Shown: piece by piece, positions 1-13,130 of the stretch
Numbering within the stretch: position 1 is the first letter of the stretch
Layout: each line of letters starts with the position of its first letter
Assembly: GCA_002633005.1 (NCBI GenBank)
Contig: NMRA01000193.1
Location: 641,005-705,004 of the forward strand
Length of the DNA: 64,000 nucleotides
Direction of reading: 5' to 3'
Origin: Phoronis australis
Taxonomy: Eukaryota > Animalia > Phoronida
Made by a program: the position numbers and the translations under genes
The notes under the pieces: model-generated
The model's input: only the letters and a program-made list of their open reading frames with translations
What the model was told of the DNA's origin: nothing
Database searches by the model: none

Positions 1-2825
1 TCCTCCTGCCCTGTATTTACCCAATCGAGACCATACCACTGATAATACAAAGCCAAAGTACCCAGGCACCTGAAATTTATACCTGCTTAACCTTTATTAA
101 TGCTCCTACTGATCTGTCTTTGGCTATACCCCTTGCCTTTGAGGAGGTCCCATTCACAGTATATTGTCCTGTAATAATTACATGACCACTCTCAGAGCCC
201 TGTAATGTGAAAACCAAATTTCTCCACTGAACAACAGGTATTAAATTGGTGGTCTCCCACTCCCACGCATGGTTTGGTATTATCTTACTTATCTCGCAAC
301 AAGCTTAGGTCTAGCAACACTACCCAAGTTTGCTTGCATTCAACCTGAGGCTGTCATCGCTAATCCAATGGTTTGTGTTTAAGTGGGCTACATGTAAATA
401 GCTGACTAGTACTAGTAGAGCATAGAGTTCCTGGTGATAGACGATGCTTTTCTTGTGATAATGAAAATCCACGAATGATTTTGCAATTCAAGTCCAAAGT
501 CTTAAAATTGCCAGCAGGTAGAAATCCAGCCCACGACCGTCGAGTGACAAGCAGGATCCATCCAACCACAGTAACATTTTCAGTCACAACATTGATGGAC
601 CTAAGACTAGGTTAACCTGTAGATTTTGCTCAACTCGAGCACAGCGATTACAAATTCAGTACTAATTTCCCTCAAGTAATGATCTCATCTAATTCTAAGC
701 GTACCAGGTTTTCCGTACATAAGCCCAAACGATGAAACGCCCATGGGCGTTTATTTGGTGTTACAACTTGTGGTGTCAAGTGTCCAGACAGCGTCACGTA
801 GTTTGGAAATTTTCCTCTTAAAAACCCACTCAGCGTCAACTTTCTGTCACAAATTCAGTTTTGTGGAGCCTTTGTCATTTATAAAAAGGAACAAGGCGTT
901 GGCGAACTATGAATTTATTAACAAAAAAATTAAAAACGTAATTTTAAGTAAAATAGTGTCAAGTCAAGTAAGACTATGGCTTTCCGTTTACTGGCACGCT
1001 CCCTTTTCCGAATAAACACCCGGGCGATTATTTGGTGTTCCTAAGACGCCTGAAAATTTTCATTTTCGGAATACACGCTCATGGGCATATCTAAGGAAAT
1101 TCCCGATAATAGTTAGGCTGTTCAGGTCATACAGAGAGCAATATCGTCATCGAAATGTTCAAGAAACGAATAACTTACCTAGCTAAGACAAACTTCCCTT
1201 CTTCGAAGTAGTACCGAAAACAGCAAATATTTGTCTCAAGTTGCCAAAAGGTCAAACCGCACAACATAATGGGTTACATTCGTTTGTTTTGATCGCATAG
1301 ATTTTAAGAAAACAAAAATAAAAAATATGTACAGGCAGTAGATCGTGAGTATGTTTCAAAGGTCTTTATGCAGATTCACGGTGTTTTTAAAACGGATCAA
1401 ATGACTTAAGCACAATAGCCTTTGCAGCAGGTACTAGTGTACTTCTGGAGGTAGAACATGAGGTTTCTCACTTCAGTTACAGCACAGTCTTATCATGGAC
1501 AGTTCCACCATTTCCTAGTTCAGCAGCATGTCGTAGAAATGACTGAAAAAAACAGTTTGGGTGAAAAATGTTGCAATTTCTTTGATAAAAACCTAGTAAC
1601 ACAGGTGTTACATGTGATGACAGACAAACATTTGACTGCCTACCGCAGCTGTCTCAACAAGCATACACGAATTTGAGTTACTTCAAGTTCTGTGTTAATG
1701 TAACACCAGTTTCAAGCAACAAACACTTGTGTAATACAAACAACATGCTAAACACGAGCTGGCCTTTCCGACTTATCTCGAGAGAGGACTGATCAACGTT
1801 CTCAGACCCGCTTGATCAGATCTCGACAGCGCTTATTATCCCACAATGTCTTAGCACCGTGGTTTAAGCTAAGACCAAAAGTTAACCTGATATGGAGTAG
1901 GCTTAAATTGTAGTTTTTGGTCTAAATGAACGATACCTATGATTGTAAACTTTTGAAGATCAAATTTCGTTGATATTTTTCACAATCTAATGACTCTGAA
2001 TAATGCCAAACGGATAACCATCTGCTTTCATGAAACCCCCGCAAAACGACATGGACTCGTAGAGACAATGAAGTACGACTTACTCGCACATTGAAATATT
2101 TTCAAGCTATATCCGGGACTTTGCATGTAAATGTAAATGCTATCCCACTTGTATCCAAAATGTTGTAAATAAATTCCCATTTAGCGTTCCAAGGTCAAAG
2201 ATTATTCATGAAAAAACCATAATTCACACACCGCCCACTTAGTTTTATGAATTTGAAACAGGTGGCGAAAGCGTATTTTGTGTGCTCACCTCTTTCAAAA
2301 CTTAACTTAAATTCATCTTCGGTCTTAACTTAACAAATTTTTGGTATTGAGTCTTAATTCTAAAGTCATTATTTATGAAACGGGTCTCAGGTCAATGAGG
2401 TGTTAAATTGACAGTCGCCGGGCTGCGACACCGTATCATCCACGAGATGGCTCACATAGAATTGGAGTGGAAAATGACAAAATTTCACGATTCCGCTAAA
2501 AATAATTTGACGAAAGGACATTATATGAGAAGGTATCCAGAAGAAATGAAATAGAAATGGTTGCTTCGCAATGCTTTTCGTGGCATATTAGATGAATGGG
2601 ATATCTTTATTTTTCTTATGGACCCAAGTAACATAATACAGGTAAGTGTTGGCCTACGAAGTACATGAGTTAAACAAACAAACAAACAAATTTAACTGAT
2701 GCAAACCAGTGCCAGTCTACACTTGACAACGCAAGGAGAAAATTAGATCATAGTTTTGTAACTCATCATCTGGGATGTATATAGTTCTTTATTTAATCTG
2801 TGTATAGCTTTGGAAGCAAATGTCT

Positions 2826-2985
2826 GGAAACCGCAGAAAACGCAGACCTAGAAAAAACAGACCTTAGACAACGCAGACATAGAAACCGCAGACCTATAAA
2901 CCGAATATTACAGTAAAAACAAGCCCTAGAAAACGCAAACACTAAAAAATGCAGACCTAATAAACCCAGACCTAGAAAACGTGAA
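2826..2985 (+). repeat. Degenerate ~16-bp tandem repeat (GAAAACGCAGACCTA-like)
   Basis: Repeated units such as gaaaccgcag / gaaaacgcagacctag / aaatgcagacctaa are visible directly. Confidence 0.75.
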
Positions 2986-3540
2986 CCAAAAGGTCCTTTT
3001 ACTACTAACTCAAAAGCAGGTTTTTAAATTTTACTTGTTAACTTCAGAAGTCAGAGCATTGTGTATTTGGTTGCTTTGATAGCCGCTACCCGTGCCACAG
3101 ACTCTGATTTTTAACAGGTTGGGGGAAAGCCAAAAATACTCTTTTTGGGTTACTATAGTGCACGGTGCGCACTTTGGCAATTTTCCAGCCGTTTGGGTAA
3201 GAATTAAGGGGTACCGTTTTTATTATAGCTGCTCCGTTAAGTCATGTTTCCTTAAGACGCATTTCACACGTTTTCTAAGTGTTTTGAAATGCCACATTCC
3301 GCCATTTCACCTAAGCACAAAACAAAACAGACCGAAGACTCCATAAGATCATGTCACTCCAGGGTTACAATTTCAGGTTTTCCACTTCGGGTTGGGAAGG
3401 ATTTGTGATTTCCCAAGACGTCTGATGTAGCCAGAAGAATTCAACTTAGGCCTCTCTAAGCAATATTGTTGGAAACGGACAGGTAGAAATTATTGACACG
3501 CTGGGAGCACTTTGCAACGAAGAAGGTTGTTCGTATAGAC

Positions 3541-3696
3541 CTGGCGTGCGTTCAGTAGTGCTAGGACCTACGTTAGGTCCTAGCTAATATCTAGCCAAAG
3601 TCACGTGTTTTCATTTATAAAACACGACAATATCTCACGTTATCTCCCGAAGTCTTGCTTTTTAGCTAGGTCCTAGCGTTACTGAACGGGAGGCTG
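3541..3696. mobile_element. ~150-bp MITE, copy 1
   Basis: Imperfect TIR CTGGCGTGCGTTCAGTA ... TACTGAACGGGAGGCTG; a closely similar copy is at 26480-26625. No TSD found. Confidence 0.75.
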
Positions 3697-5273
3697 ATTC
3701 ACCCAGACAGGAAGAGCGGCTCAAAACGAGTCTCACTGCGATAGCTCCGTTAAATGGCTAATCGGCATTGTTGTGTTCTAGGTTGCTCGAACGGCGAAAA
3801 AAAATACAGACATTCAACTTCTTTTTTACAATCCGTAAAGACGTTGAGATTCTGATGTGTTGAATCGTTGCCACACACCGGGAATGTCGCATCTCAGTTG
3901 CCGAGCATCATAGCAACGACCGGTGAATGATCGACCAGCCGGGCTGTGTTTTCATGACTACGGGTTGAATTTATGAATGTCTTTCAAAAAGGTGAGGTCC
4001 CTCAATCAGCCCTCGAATATCGGCCCTATTCTCGTCCCAAAATATTGAAAATCACGCGAAATTCCCCCCACGAGGGCTAAAAATTCCCCTAAACTGGTTG
4101 ATAATTTCCCGGCCTCGAAGTTCAAATCACTTGTAATCCACACAGCTTACAATTTGAAGGAGCACCGTAAAATGCTTCTTGAGACAGAGCTAATGGGAAC
4201 TTGCTACAGGGCGGGGTGCTATTAATGGTAATCGGGAGGTATAATTTACCTCTCACTCTGCGAAAAACTTCCCCTCTCAGAATTCACAGGCACTTTTCCC
4301 CTCGGGATGAACGAGATTTTTTAATCTATGTATTTTTTGTTTTATAATTGTATACTGATTTCTTTATATTTATTTAACCCAGGTACAACGTCTCTTGGCG
4401 CTTTTTGGGTATGTATACTTATTGTACTAAATATGTCATAATAAACATTAAAAACGAGGCCCCTGAAGGAATATGCTTGCTCTGCCCAATTAATAGAAAT
4501 TAAGCTCTTAAAATTTTTTCAGGTTGTGATTTGGACGAACGAACAAGGTGTTTTAATTTTAAAATTCATCTTGTCCAGATTGATACTTGAAACGTGACAC
4601 ATGAAATAGATGTAAGAATTATAAAAACCAAGAAAGCAGAACTGATGGTCAAATAATTTTAGGTTCAACTACCAGCCTGATTTTTATTTTAATAAAAAAT
4701 AATTTAAAGAGTATCAATCGTTCTTGCAGATCAATGACAGATCAACTGTTAGTCCCGGTAGTCCCAATCTCACTATCAGGGACTATGCTATTCTTGACGT
4801 TAAGTTGATCAACAAATTAAATCAGATGTGACTTGCACATGACGCCAAAATGCGATGAGCCACCCCTGTCAAACCTATCTTCAACTCGTCAAAAATACGA
4901 GAAGATGACCTGGTTAGTATTTTCATCAACTATTTACAAGAAGAAACGTAACCCCGTATTCAGCATATACCTAATCCGTAACAAGATCGCCGCAATGTGT
5001 TAATGTTTATTTTGTTTCGAACGTAGTTTTAAGAAAAAAGCTTATAGGTTTTTGTCAGACAACACCAGTTTGGCGCATTGACTTGTTCTCTGAAGCATTT
5101 TTCTACGTCTCTGAGGTTAATTATTGGCTCATTAATATCCAGGTTTGGCTCGAAAAACCAGCAGTTTAACTCGCGCAAAGTCAACTTCCGTATCGGATTT
5201 TATGTTCGCAGCGTGTATTAGGTGTATAGATATGTAATGTTTCTGTGTAATAATGCAGACGGTATATGACTAT

Positions 5274-7990
5274 TTATGGTGGACATATACAGTAGTTGTA
5301 GAAGCAGCTCGAGTCATAGCATAGTGAGTAAGCATCTAAAATTTTGTTCTTGTGAAATCTTGAAACTCCAGCAAGTGAGCGGGTTTTTATCCAGTCTAGA
5401 ACTGAAGAAGGTATTTGATTTTCATTGATGATTCTAGGAATGTGAAAACGTGAACGATGAATTACCATACCTGTTGTGTAATATGGAGTCTTGAGTAAAG
5501 GGTTGTAGTTGCAATGGAGAGCTTCGATTACACCTTAAACGCGAACGAGAACATGTGGGTTGGCATTCGTTGCTTCTTACGTCACAGTGTTGACCTATAT
5601 TTTCGCGTTCAGCCTTATCACACCGGTGGTAAGGACATGAAGACAGCTGATCTCGCGTCAGGTGCAACGTGAGTTTTAATTGCCGATTTATCTCAAAAGA
5701 TCATTAAGTTTATGCAACTCTTTAATGTTTTTACAAAGTTTGGCCACCCAGCCTAGTGCCTGTATCTTACTCGGTTGAATGTTTGAAATACATGACCTTC
5801 GTTCTGCGGCCCTCTTCGCATTGCTGACGTTTCCCAGAAAAGCTAAAGTAATCGGGTGGTTATGGGTGACTCATGTGCCAAACCATCTCAATTTCAAAAA
5901 TATTTCATGAAGGCAAATGAGAAAAATGCTTTGATTAGAAATTTCCATAGCAAAGAGAAGTAACTGAGAGTTTGTGAATTAAACCCTATGCGTGTTTTTG
6001 TATTTCTGCTCAAAATCACTTTTGGGGTGAGTAAAATGACATTAAGAATCTTTATATCTCGGATATTGCTTTTTTCACCGCGGGCAGAAAATGATGATGT
6101 TATCCCGGCCGTAGCTGTAACCCCTTCGGTAATTGTGAATTAGTCTGTTGTTTGGATAGCCAAAGCGAGTGGAATTGTTTTGAAAGCAACCTGAAAGTTA
6201 GCTGCGTAAAAAGCATGAATATATTTTCAACAGGCGAGATATATCAATAATGTCTACAAACAGAGCTATTTCTAAAAATCTGTATTCTTTCGGAAGAAGT
6301 AGGAACCAGCAGATATTTTTGAAGCCCGATACTGAGATCCCCAAATTAAGTTAGGAAGACGTAAATTGTTGCGTGTGCGAATAAACAAGACATGTTTGAG
6401 TTCATTGACTACATCACATGTTTGTGCATTTTTTGTTCATACCAAATTATTCCCAAAACAGAAGTTCTATTTAGTTAATTGATTTTGAGGGAAGTGAAAT
6501 GTCGCGTACTTTGCGACATTTAACGACAGTTAGTTGGTTGATAACCAGGTAAATATGTTTGTCGAGCTGATTGTTGATTTCACTTTCGTTGTTTGTTAGT
6601 TTTGTAGACGGTATCCTCACACATCAGGGCTCGGAAAGAAGTAAATACCGGGAATTTCCGAATATATAAGAAAAAAGAGGGGACCAAGAATAGGTTATTG
6701 GGTTACATCTGTGATGTTGATTGGGAGGAAGAATTGCCAAAGAAAAACATATTGCTTTCGATTCGTCAAATAAGTTCTGAAGGACAAATGTTTGGCTCCA
6801 TTTTTTCCGTAACAAAATAGCATGGTCTAGTGTATCAAAGGCTTTTGGAAGATCTATAAAATGGTGGTTGGGTTCACCCCCTTGACCAGACGTCCGTTCC
6901 TTCTGTCAGTTACTTCAAGTGTTGTAAATGCGGAAAATCTTAATTTCTGAGAACCAAATTGGTGTTTATGTATGAGATTGCATGTAGTGAGAGTTGTAGG
7001 CCTTTGGAAAGTTTAAAAGATTGAGAAGGCATGAAGTAGAGAAACAAGCCTGTGGTTACAACCATTGTGCTCATCTTTCATTTCTTTTGTATTTAGACAC
7101 AAATTACCTATGCTTAAACATTGATTGATTATAGTAATTTTATAATGACTGTAGTAATCAATTTCATGAATTTGATAAATAACTTGTCAAATCCTGCGCT
7201 AGACTTTGATTCATTATTGCCTAATGAGCTTAAAACATTGCTTTCAACTACTTCTTAAATTTAGTTCTCGTAGGCTTAGACAAGAAAGAGCAAAATTAAA
7301 TGTGTGCGTGGCCTGGTAATTCGGATCTCGTGAGCCAATCTTTGTAAAGAAGTCGTGATTTATGTTGTAATTTGGTCTGGTCGCTGTTTGTTTTGAGGAT
7401 ACCTCTTTCAACGTCTTGCTGGAGTCTTTTTTGTATTTGCTTGAATTCTTTGTGAAAGAAAAGGTTGAATATTAAGTAATTTATTATATCAAAAGTTGAA
7501 TGTAGATAGCACATTCCCCTTTCGTTTGCCAAGTAGTGGACTATTTCTCGTGCAAGTTTAATGTGTACAGCATATATTTCTATAATTAAAACCAGTGGTC
7601 CTTGTGTTATCCATTTGTTAAATTTGTGCTTGTGTTTGCTGAACCGTGTGATTATGTAAAGGAGATGCTTTTTATGTAACTTGATGATGATATAAGATGC
7701 TGTTTGAGTGTTGATTGTGACTGAAAATTAATTTACTTGAATGATTTAAAACTTGTCTTCTAGTGGTTTGGTAGATAATTGTGTTCGAATTCTTTTTTGT
7801 GAATTGTGGTTTGAAATTAACATTGACATTTAGATAATCTTCCCATGACTACCGATATTGTGTCTATAGCACTCAGCCACAGCTCCAAGAGTAGTTCATT
7901 TTGTAACTCCTCTTCCGCTACACTGCCTTGCAAACAATCCGCTAGTTTGTGATATTCAGATTTCGGAATACCAAGCGTGGAAGTTAACGA
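5274..7990 (-). mobile_element. Decayed CR1/L2-group non-LTR retrotransposon ORF2 (reverse transcriptase)
   Basis: Minus-strand motifs in the expected order: KWITQG (~7600-7620), QFG (~6955), FIDLPKAFDTLDH (~6820-6862), ILGPLFFLIY (~6662-6692), and a Cys-rich C-terminus RFHIPRIIN...LCYDSSCFYNYCIC* (ORF 5274-5468). Many stops and frameshifts; 5480-5950 may be an inserted segment. Confidence 0.75.
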
Positions 7991-8139
7991 TGTGCCTGTT
8001 TTATTAGTTCGCATATCTTGCGTTTACATGCAGCCCCGCTTGATTTTAAACGTTTCTGGGCGCCGCCATCTTGGATAATTTTTATCGAAATTTCCTTCCA
8101 GTTCCAGTCACTTTCTTGAGTCAACAGTCAACATAAAAT

Positions 8140-8825
8140 AAAAAAACAAAACGTACCGAGAGTAGCGTAGATGAAGTAATATCCACGAAACATGCTGTGT
8201 GAGAATTACTACATCTATGCCAATCGAGATACGTTTTGTATTTAAACCCTACGCTTCGAATTTTTTAGTTTCTTTCATTTAGTTGGCAGATTTTTGAAAT
8301 ACCTCAACCAGACTGTTCACGTGGCGGATCACATCCTATATGTATGCGCTTGCGCGTTAGGTTACAAATTTTATCTAGTAAAAGAAACAGTTTTAAATGT
8401 TACGATTCATTACCTAAAAAGATCGAACAAAGATGGAAAAGGTAATTGTGCATTGAATTTGCAACATATCCTGAAAATAATTAAAGAACAACAATATTTA
8501 ACATTTTGCTTACCGAGGAATAGGCGCCTGAGTTGCAGACGATAAAATATTTAGCAAATAAAACTGCTACAAAATAGTCATACATGTATACCAGATGATA
8601 TGTTTGTGACTTGATTGCATGCTGAGTGTTTTTATACTGCTGAAATTGTATTATTTTAAACTAGTTTGGGAAAGTTTGATGATCGAACCAGCTATCGACG
8701 TCAAATTGACATTGACCTACCTTGTGAACTCTCCAAATCAGAGGGCACAGTTAAAGTAGTCCCGGGACGGAAAACAATATCACGTGGCCGTATTGCACTC
8801 GACTGATTCAACGCGAACGGGATGA
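8140..8825 (+). repeat. Dispersed repeat family C, copy 1 (palindrome centre collapsed)
   Basis: Colinear similarity to 27685-28450, e.g. shared cagactgttcacgtggcggatcacatcctatatgtat and ggaaagtttgatgatcgaa. Confidence 0.8.
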
Positions 8826-9489
8826 AATTGAAAAACTTGTCAAGCGATTAAACCTGAACGACACGTTGAAATAATAAACAAAGATGAAGACGTGAAAACG
8901 CAGAGAAAATGATAGACACGTGGAGTTCCACATTCATTTCTCCACTTTATTGCACTTCAGACCCATATATCGGAAAAATAAAAATCACACTGAGAAAGAC
9001 CCATACCACTAAATTTCAAAAAAGCCACAAATCGGATACAGCAGAACTGCACTTCTTCAATCGCTATTTTGTTACTCTAGAATTTGAAAAGTGTTTCTCG
9101 CATGCTCTGTACCTGTGTTGTTTCACTGTAGGGCAATAGTCCAAAAGGAATTTGTCAAGAAAATTTTCTGGCCTCATACTGTGCATGGATGAATTGCTTA
9201 CATTTGCTCGATTTCCTAGACATTGTCGGGAAAAACGTAATCTGCACACACAATGGACATGGTGTATACTTAACTAAGTTACATGTAAGTTGTCTAAGAT
9301 GTACTGGCAGACGTCTGGCACTAATTTAAACGTAATGTTTCGAAATTGGTTTTGTTTCACGACAAACACGTAAATATAAAGCGAACAATTTACCACAACG
9401 ATCAAGCACAGTTGCACTTATGATGAACAAGTAAATCAGCGTGGTCTTTTTACCAACAAAAATAAGATGAACTAAGCTCTAAAAACACT

Positions 9490-10172
9490 TATCGCGGACA
9501 AATAAAACAACACAAGAATGATACATATTTACAGTGTAGGTTATATTGGGAATCTCAGGGTCACGGCTCTACAGTTGATAATTTGACAGGAGGTACCAGA
9601 TAGGTATCTATATTACAGGAGAAAACATAAACATTTACAAACGTGGTGTTGTGGCTTAGTCTGTGCGTGCGTGTCGCTCATCCATGAAAAACCCAGTCCA
9701 TAATGCACAAACTGCACTACAACACCACGTTCCTTGCACTATATGCCCGTTATCACTCCGGCTGATATGCTCACTCAGCTTGTCCGAAACCTGCTCTGTC
9801 AAGTTGTTATAGCCCATTTGGCTGTTTGGCGTACGCACTTGGTACTTTATATGATATTTGCCCATTTGGCAATTTGTACCCATTTGGGACTTAGTATTAA
9901 ATTTACTGTTTTGATCGACACAGTTGGTAAGCAATCGGTCAGTACCCATTTGGTGTTATGTAAGCATTTGGTACTACTTTCTAAGGTGTGACCTTTAGTA
10001 TCCGACATCCAATTGCACATTGGATATCGTAAATGTTTATGTTATCTCTTGTAATTTAGGTACCCAACTGGTACCTCCTATCAAATAATTAATAATAGAA
10101 CCGTGACCCTGAAATTCCCAATACAACCTAAAATGTATATCATCCTTGTGATGTTTTATTTGTCTCCAGTAA
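9490..10172. repeat. Repeat family B, copy 1, fold-back form
   Basis: 9490-9640 is an inverted copy of ~10020-10172; 9641-9660 is inverted relative to ~9715-9732; the body matches copies at 14186, 29822 and 53902. Confidence 0.8.
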
Positions 10173-11293
10173 TGAGATTCATGGCACTCTGGCAAAAATC
10201 CTATTATTTGGGCAAATACTATTCTGTAGCCCTTCAGGCTTCATTTCCAACTTCTGTTTAGTTCGTGTCTAGCCAGATGGGAACGCTCTCCTACTTGCGG
10301 TTGGTCCACCTTCAATCAACAGTATATTCAGTCGTAAGTTTTTTTCCCAATTAAACAGTTTTATAACCAACACAAAATAAGATGAATTAAGATCTACACT
10401 TATAAAAATATACTCGTTCAAATTGCAATAGAGATGGACCTACCTCACCAGAGTTACGTGACGGAAGCCTCAATCTTCTGTCGAAACCCCACGGAGTTAT
10501 ATAAAACCTATTAATCTACTGATCCACCAGCAAAACGGATACCCTGATAGACGATTCATCAGCAAATGGTTTACACTGAAATGTCAATTACTAACATACT
10601 ATATATAGGCTTTTGTGCGTGAGCTATATCGCGTCAATTCTTTCCACTAGATCGCTAGCTAGATTTTCCGACCATAATGACTTTAATAACTTTAAAGAGT
10701 TTCCAAAAATGTTCTCCATCCAATATTTTGAATTTCTGATTCTATTTTCCGTTAAATCCTGGGGGATTACTTTTACAACATATCACTGCGCCTGACAATT
10801 AACCGCCATAATTTTGAAGTCTATCGCACGTTGCGAGTATAACGTAACATTCCCTGGGACTGGTTTGTTTTTAAGCGTCTTGCTGTAAAGCGGTAATGAA
10901 GCAGAAAAACTGTTTACTGAACTTGTCTTAGCTCACAGTGAGAGGTCTTGAATCAAGTTATGAACATTGATGGACATTAGATCATACTAAATCTGGCTAA
11001 TGGGAGTTATTTCACTACTGACTAGCAATCCGATCTGTGTGTTGACGATACCCACCAGGGACCCTGGGGCACTGGTGGGATATAGCGGCCCAGAGTTAGA
11101 AAACCAGTTTCATCCCCTTTAAAATTCAACGTTGCTTGGTTCCCAGAAAAGTAAAGACCGCAATATTCATTCTCCCCATTTGCCAAAATTTTCAACCACC
11201 CCAGTCGTCTCAATTTGTTCACCCTGGTAGGGATTAATCTTGTCGATCCTTCGGTTGCCATAACTTACCCGGCCTCAGCAATATGTCCAACGT

Positions 11294-11442
11294 CAGTGTT
11301 CGAGTTTCAGCAAACAAATGTGCAGGCACGCCGGGCCACTTACTTGACCACATCCACATAAACCCTGTATGTGGAGGTTTACTGGCCTGGCTAGAAATCC
11401 ACTGGCCCCGGGCCACCGGGCCAGCGTATATTTCGTATACTG
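11294..11442. mobile_element. Short hAT-like MITE
   Basis: Imperfect TIR CAGTGTTCGAG ... TTCGTATACTG around ggcc-rich subrepeats; no TSD seen. Confidence 0.4.
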
Positions 11443-12279
11443 TGTAGACGTCCCATCAAAATCACATGGTCACATTAATTAGAAAAAAATCCCGCCATGA
11501 TTGGGATTTTAGCGGGGCATCCTCTTCATACTGTGCTCACGCACTGGTCCACTGGTCCTTTTGAACCACCAAGCAAGCACAGAAATCCTACCATGATCAC
11601 GTGGTCAAATACAAGTGAATGAGCCAATTTGTGCTTTGAATAGGAAAGAAAGTAAATGTTATGTCATATAATGCAATTCTAATGTATATCTACGTGATGC
11701 ACACCTAGTTCGACAGCTGCCGATGAATCTCTACACCACACTTTAGAACCACAAAAGCACACTTGGTTCTGATAGTTGCTCATTTTTTAAAAAAGAAAAT
11801 CCTCCCTTGACCAATGAAAATGATGCAGAATTTGTGTTTGTTATTCAACACTTTGAAAATCATGGCGTTTCAAACCTTGCTTTCTCCTCCTAATGTGTAT
11901 TTCCCTTTTGTCCAGGTTTTCAAAAAACCCATTAGATATTGGCTTATTAGTGATCTCAGGTCACAAAAATGAGTTGGGTTACAGACCAGAAACGATTATG
12001 TTTTTTTTAGCACGGTACCGTGACAGTGCTCTTTAAAATTGTTGTGTCACCTACTTTTTGTAAAAATCACTAATGAAAAATATCACGTTTTTATAATTGT
12101 CGTTGCATTAAAAGTTGTAAACCTGTCTATACTTCTGAGCTGATTATTATCGGATACATCACTTCACCAAGAATCGTATTTTTTGTATTCGTTGTGATCC
12201 AGCACCAAGATGAAAAGGTGTCTCTACCCCACTAATGCCATGAAAAACAAAATGCTGATTTTTTATGACGTGCTGGTGT

Positions 12280-13130
12280 AAGTGAATGATTGCCATCGTC
12301 TTCGTGTAGGCGGACATTCAAAAAAGCCTTTTCGATGTCACTTGTGAGTGCCACTGTCTTCGTACGGAAACGTATCAGGATTGAAACAAGGTCATTCAGT
12401 AGGGGTGTACCTGTTTCCAGACGGTCGTTGAGGCTAGGATTGCCTTGCGTGGATCAGCTGCAGTCATAAACCACTCTGACTGGTGTTGTCACGCTGTCTT
12501 TCTTTACGGGGTGGTGAGGGATGTAATTACCAATGTCATCGTCCGCAACGGGTTCTTTGAAGTCTCTCTTCAGCTGGTCGTTGATGACATCATTGTAGAT
12601 TGTTAGCGTTTTCTGGTCAAGGCGTTTAATCAATGATCGCGTACGGGCTTGAGTAATAGGTAGTTACGGGCAGGGGGGCATGGTCAGCTTTCCAGGGTAA
12701 ACGGGCTATATATTTCCCATCGTCATCACGTGTGATATTGTCAGCGCAATATACATTGAAGTCAAAACCTGCTTCTTTAATGTTGTCACTAATGCCAATT
12801 GTTTCCAAATCCCAATATTTTGATATGTCGTGGGTTTCTGTTGAGACTCTCATACAAGTCGTAGTGTCCATGTGGGTATCAGCAGCGGTTACAGCTACGT
12901 TCGTAGGTATACTAGGTCCACACAACAATAATCCTAGTTTTGAGTCTACAGCATTGGACCTCTAATTACGTGGTCGTCATCAAGATTGTAGTAGTAGTGA
13001 GATCCAATCAACAGGTCGATTTCAAAATGTTTCGATGGCTCATGTGGGGCTAGGGGTAAATATCTCAGATAAACATGATGATGTAGCACTTGGGGACGGT
13101 GATTCGTAACAGGCGTCGATGTGGGGGCAA
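12280..13130 (-). mobile_element. BEL/Pao retrotransposon, downstream fragment (protease C-terminal part to start of RT), 3'-truncated
   Basis: FEIDLLIG, YWDLETIGI, GKYIARLPWK, SLNDRLETGTPLLNDLVSILIRFR and SDIEKAFLNVRL are typical Pao pol motifs; frameshifted. Confidence 0.88.

Noticed and set aside
78-306. ~75-codon open frame on minus at the window edge
   Set aside because: No start codon or recognisable domain; cannot be supported.
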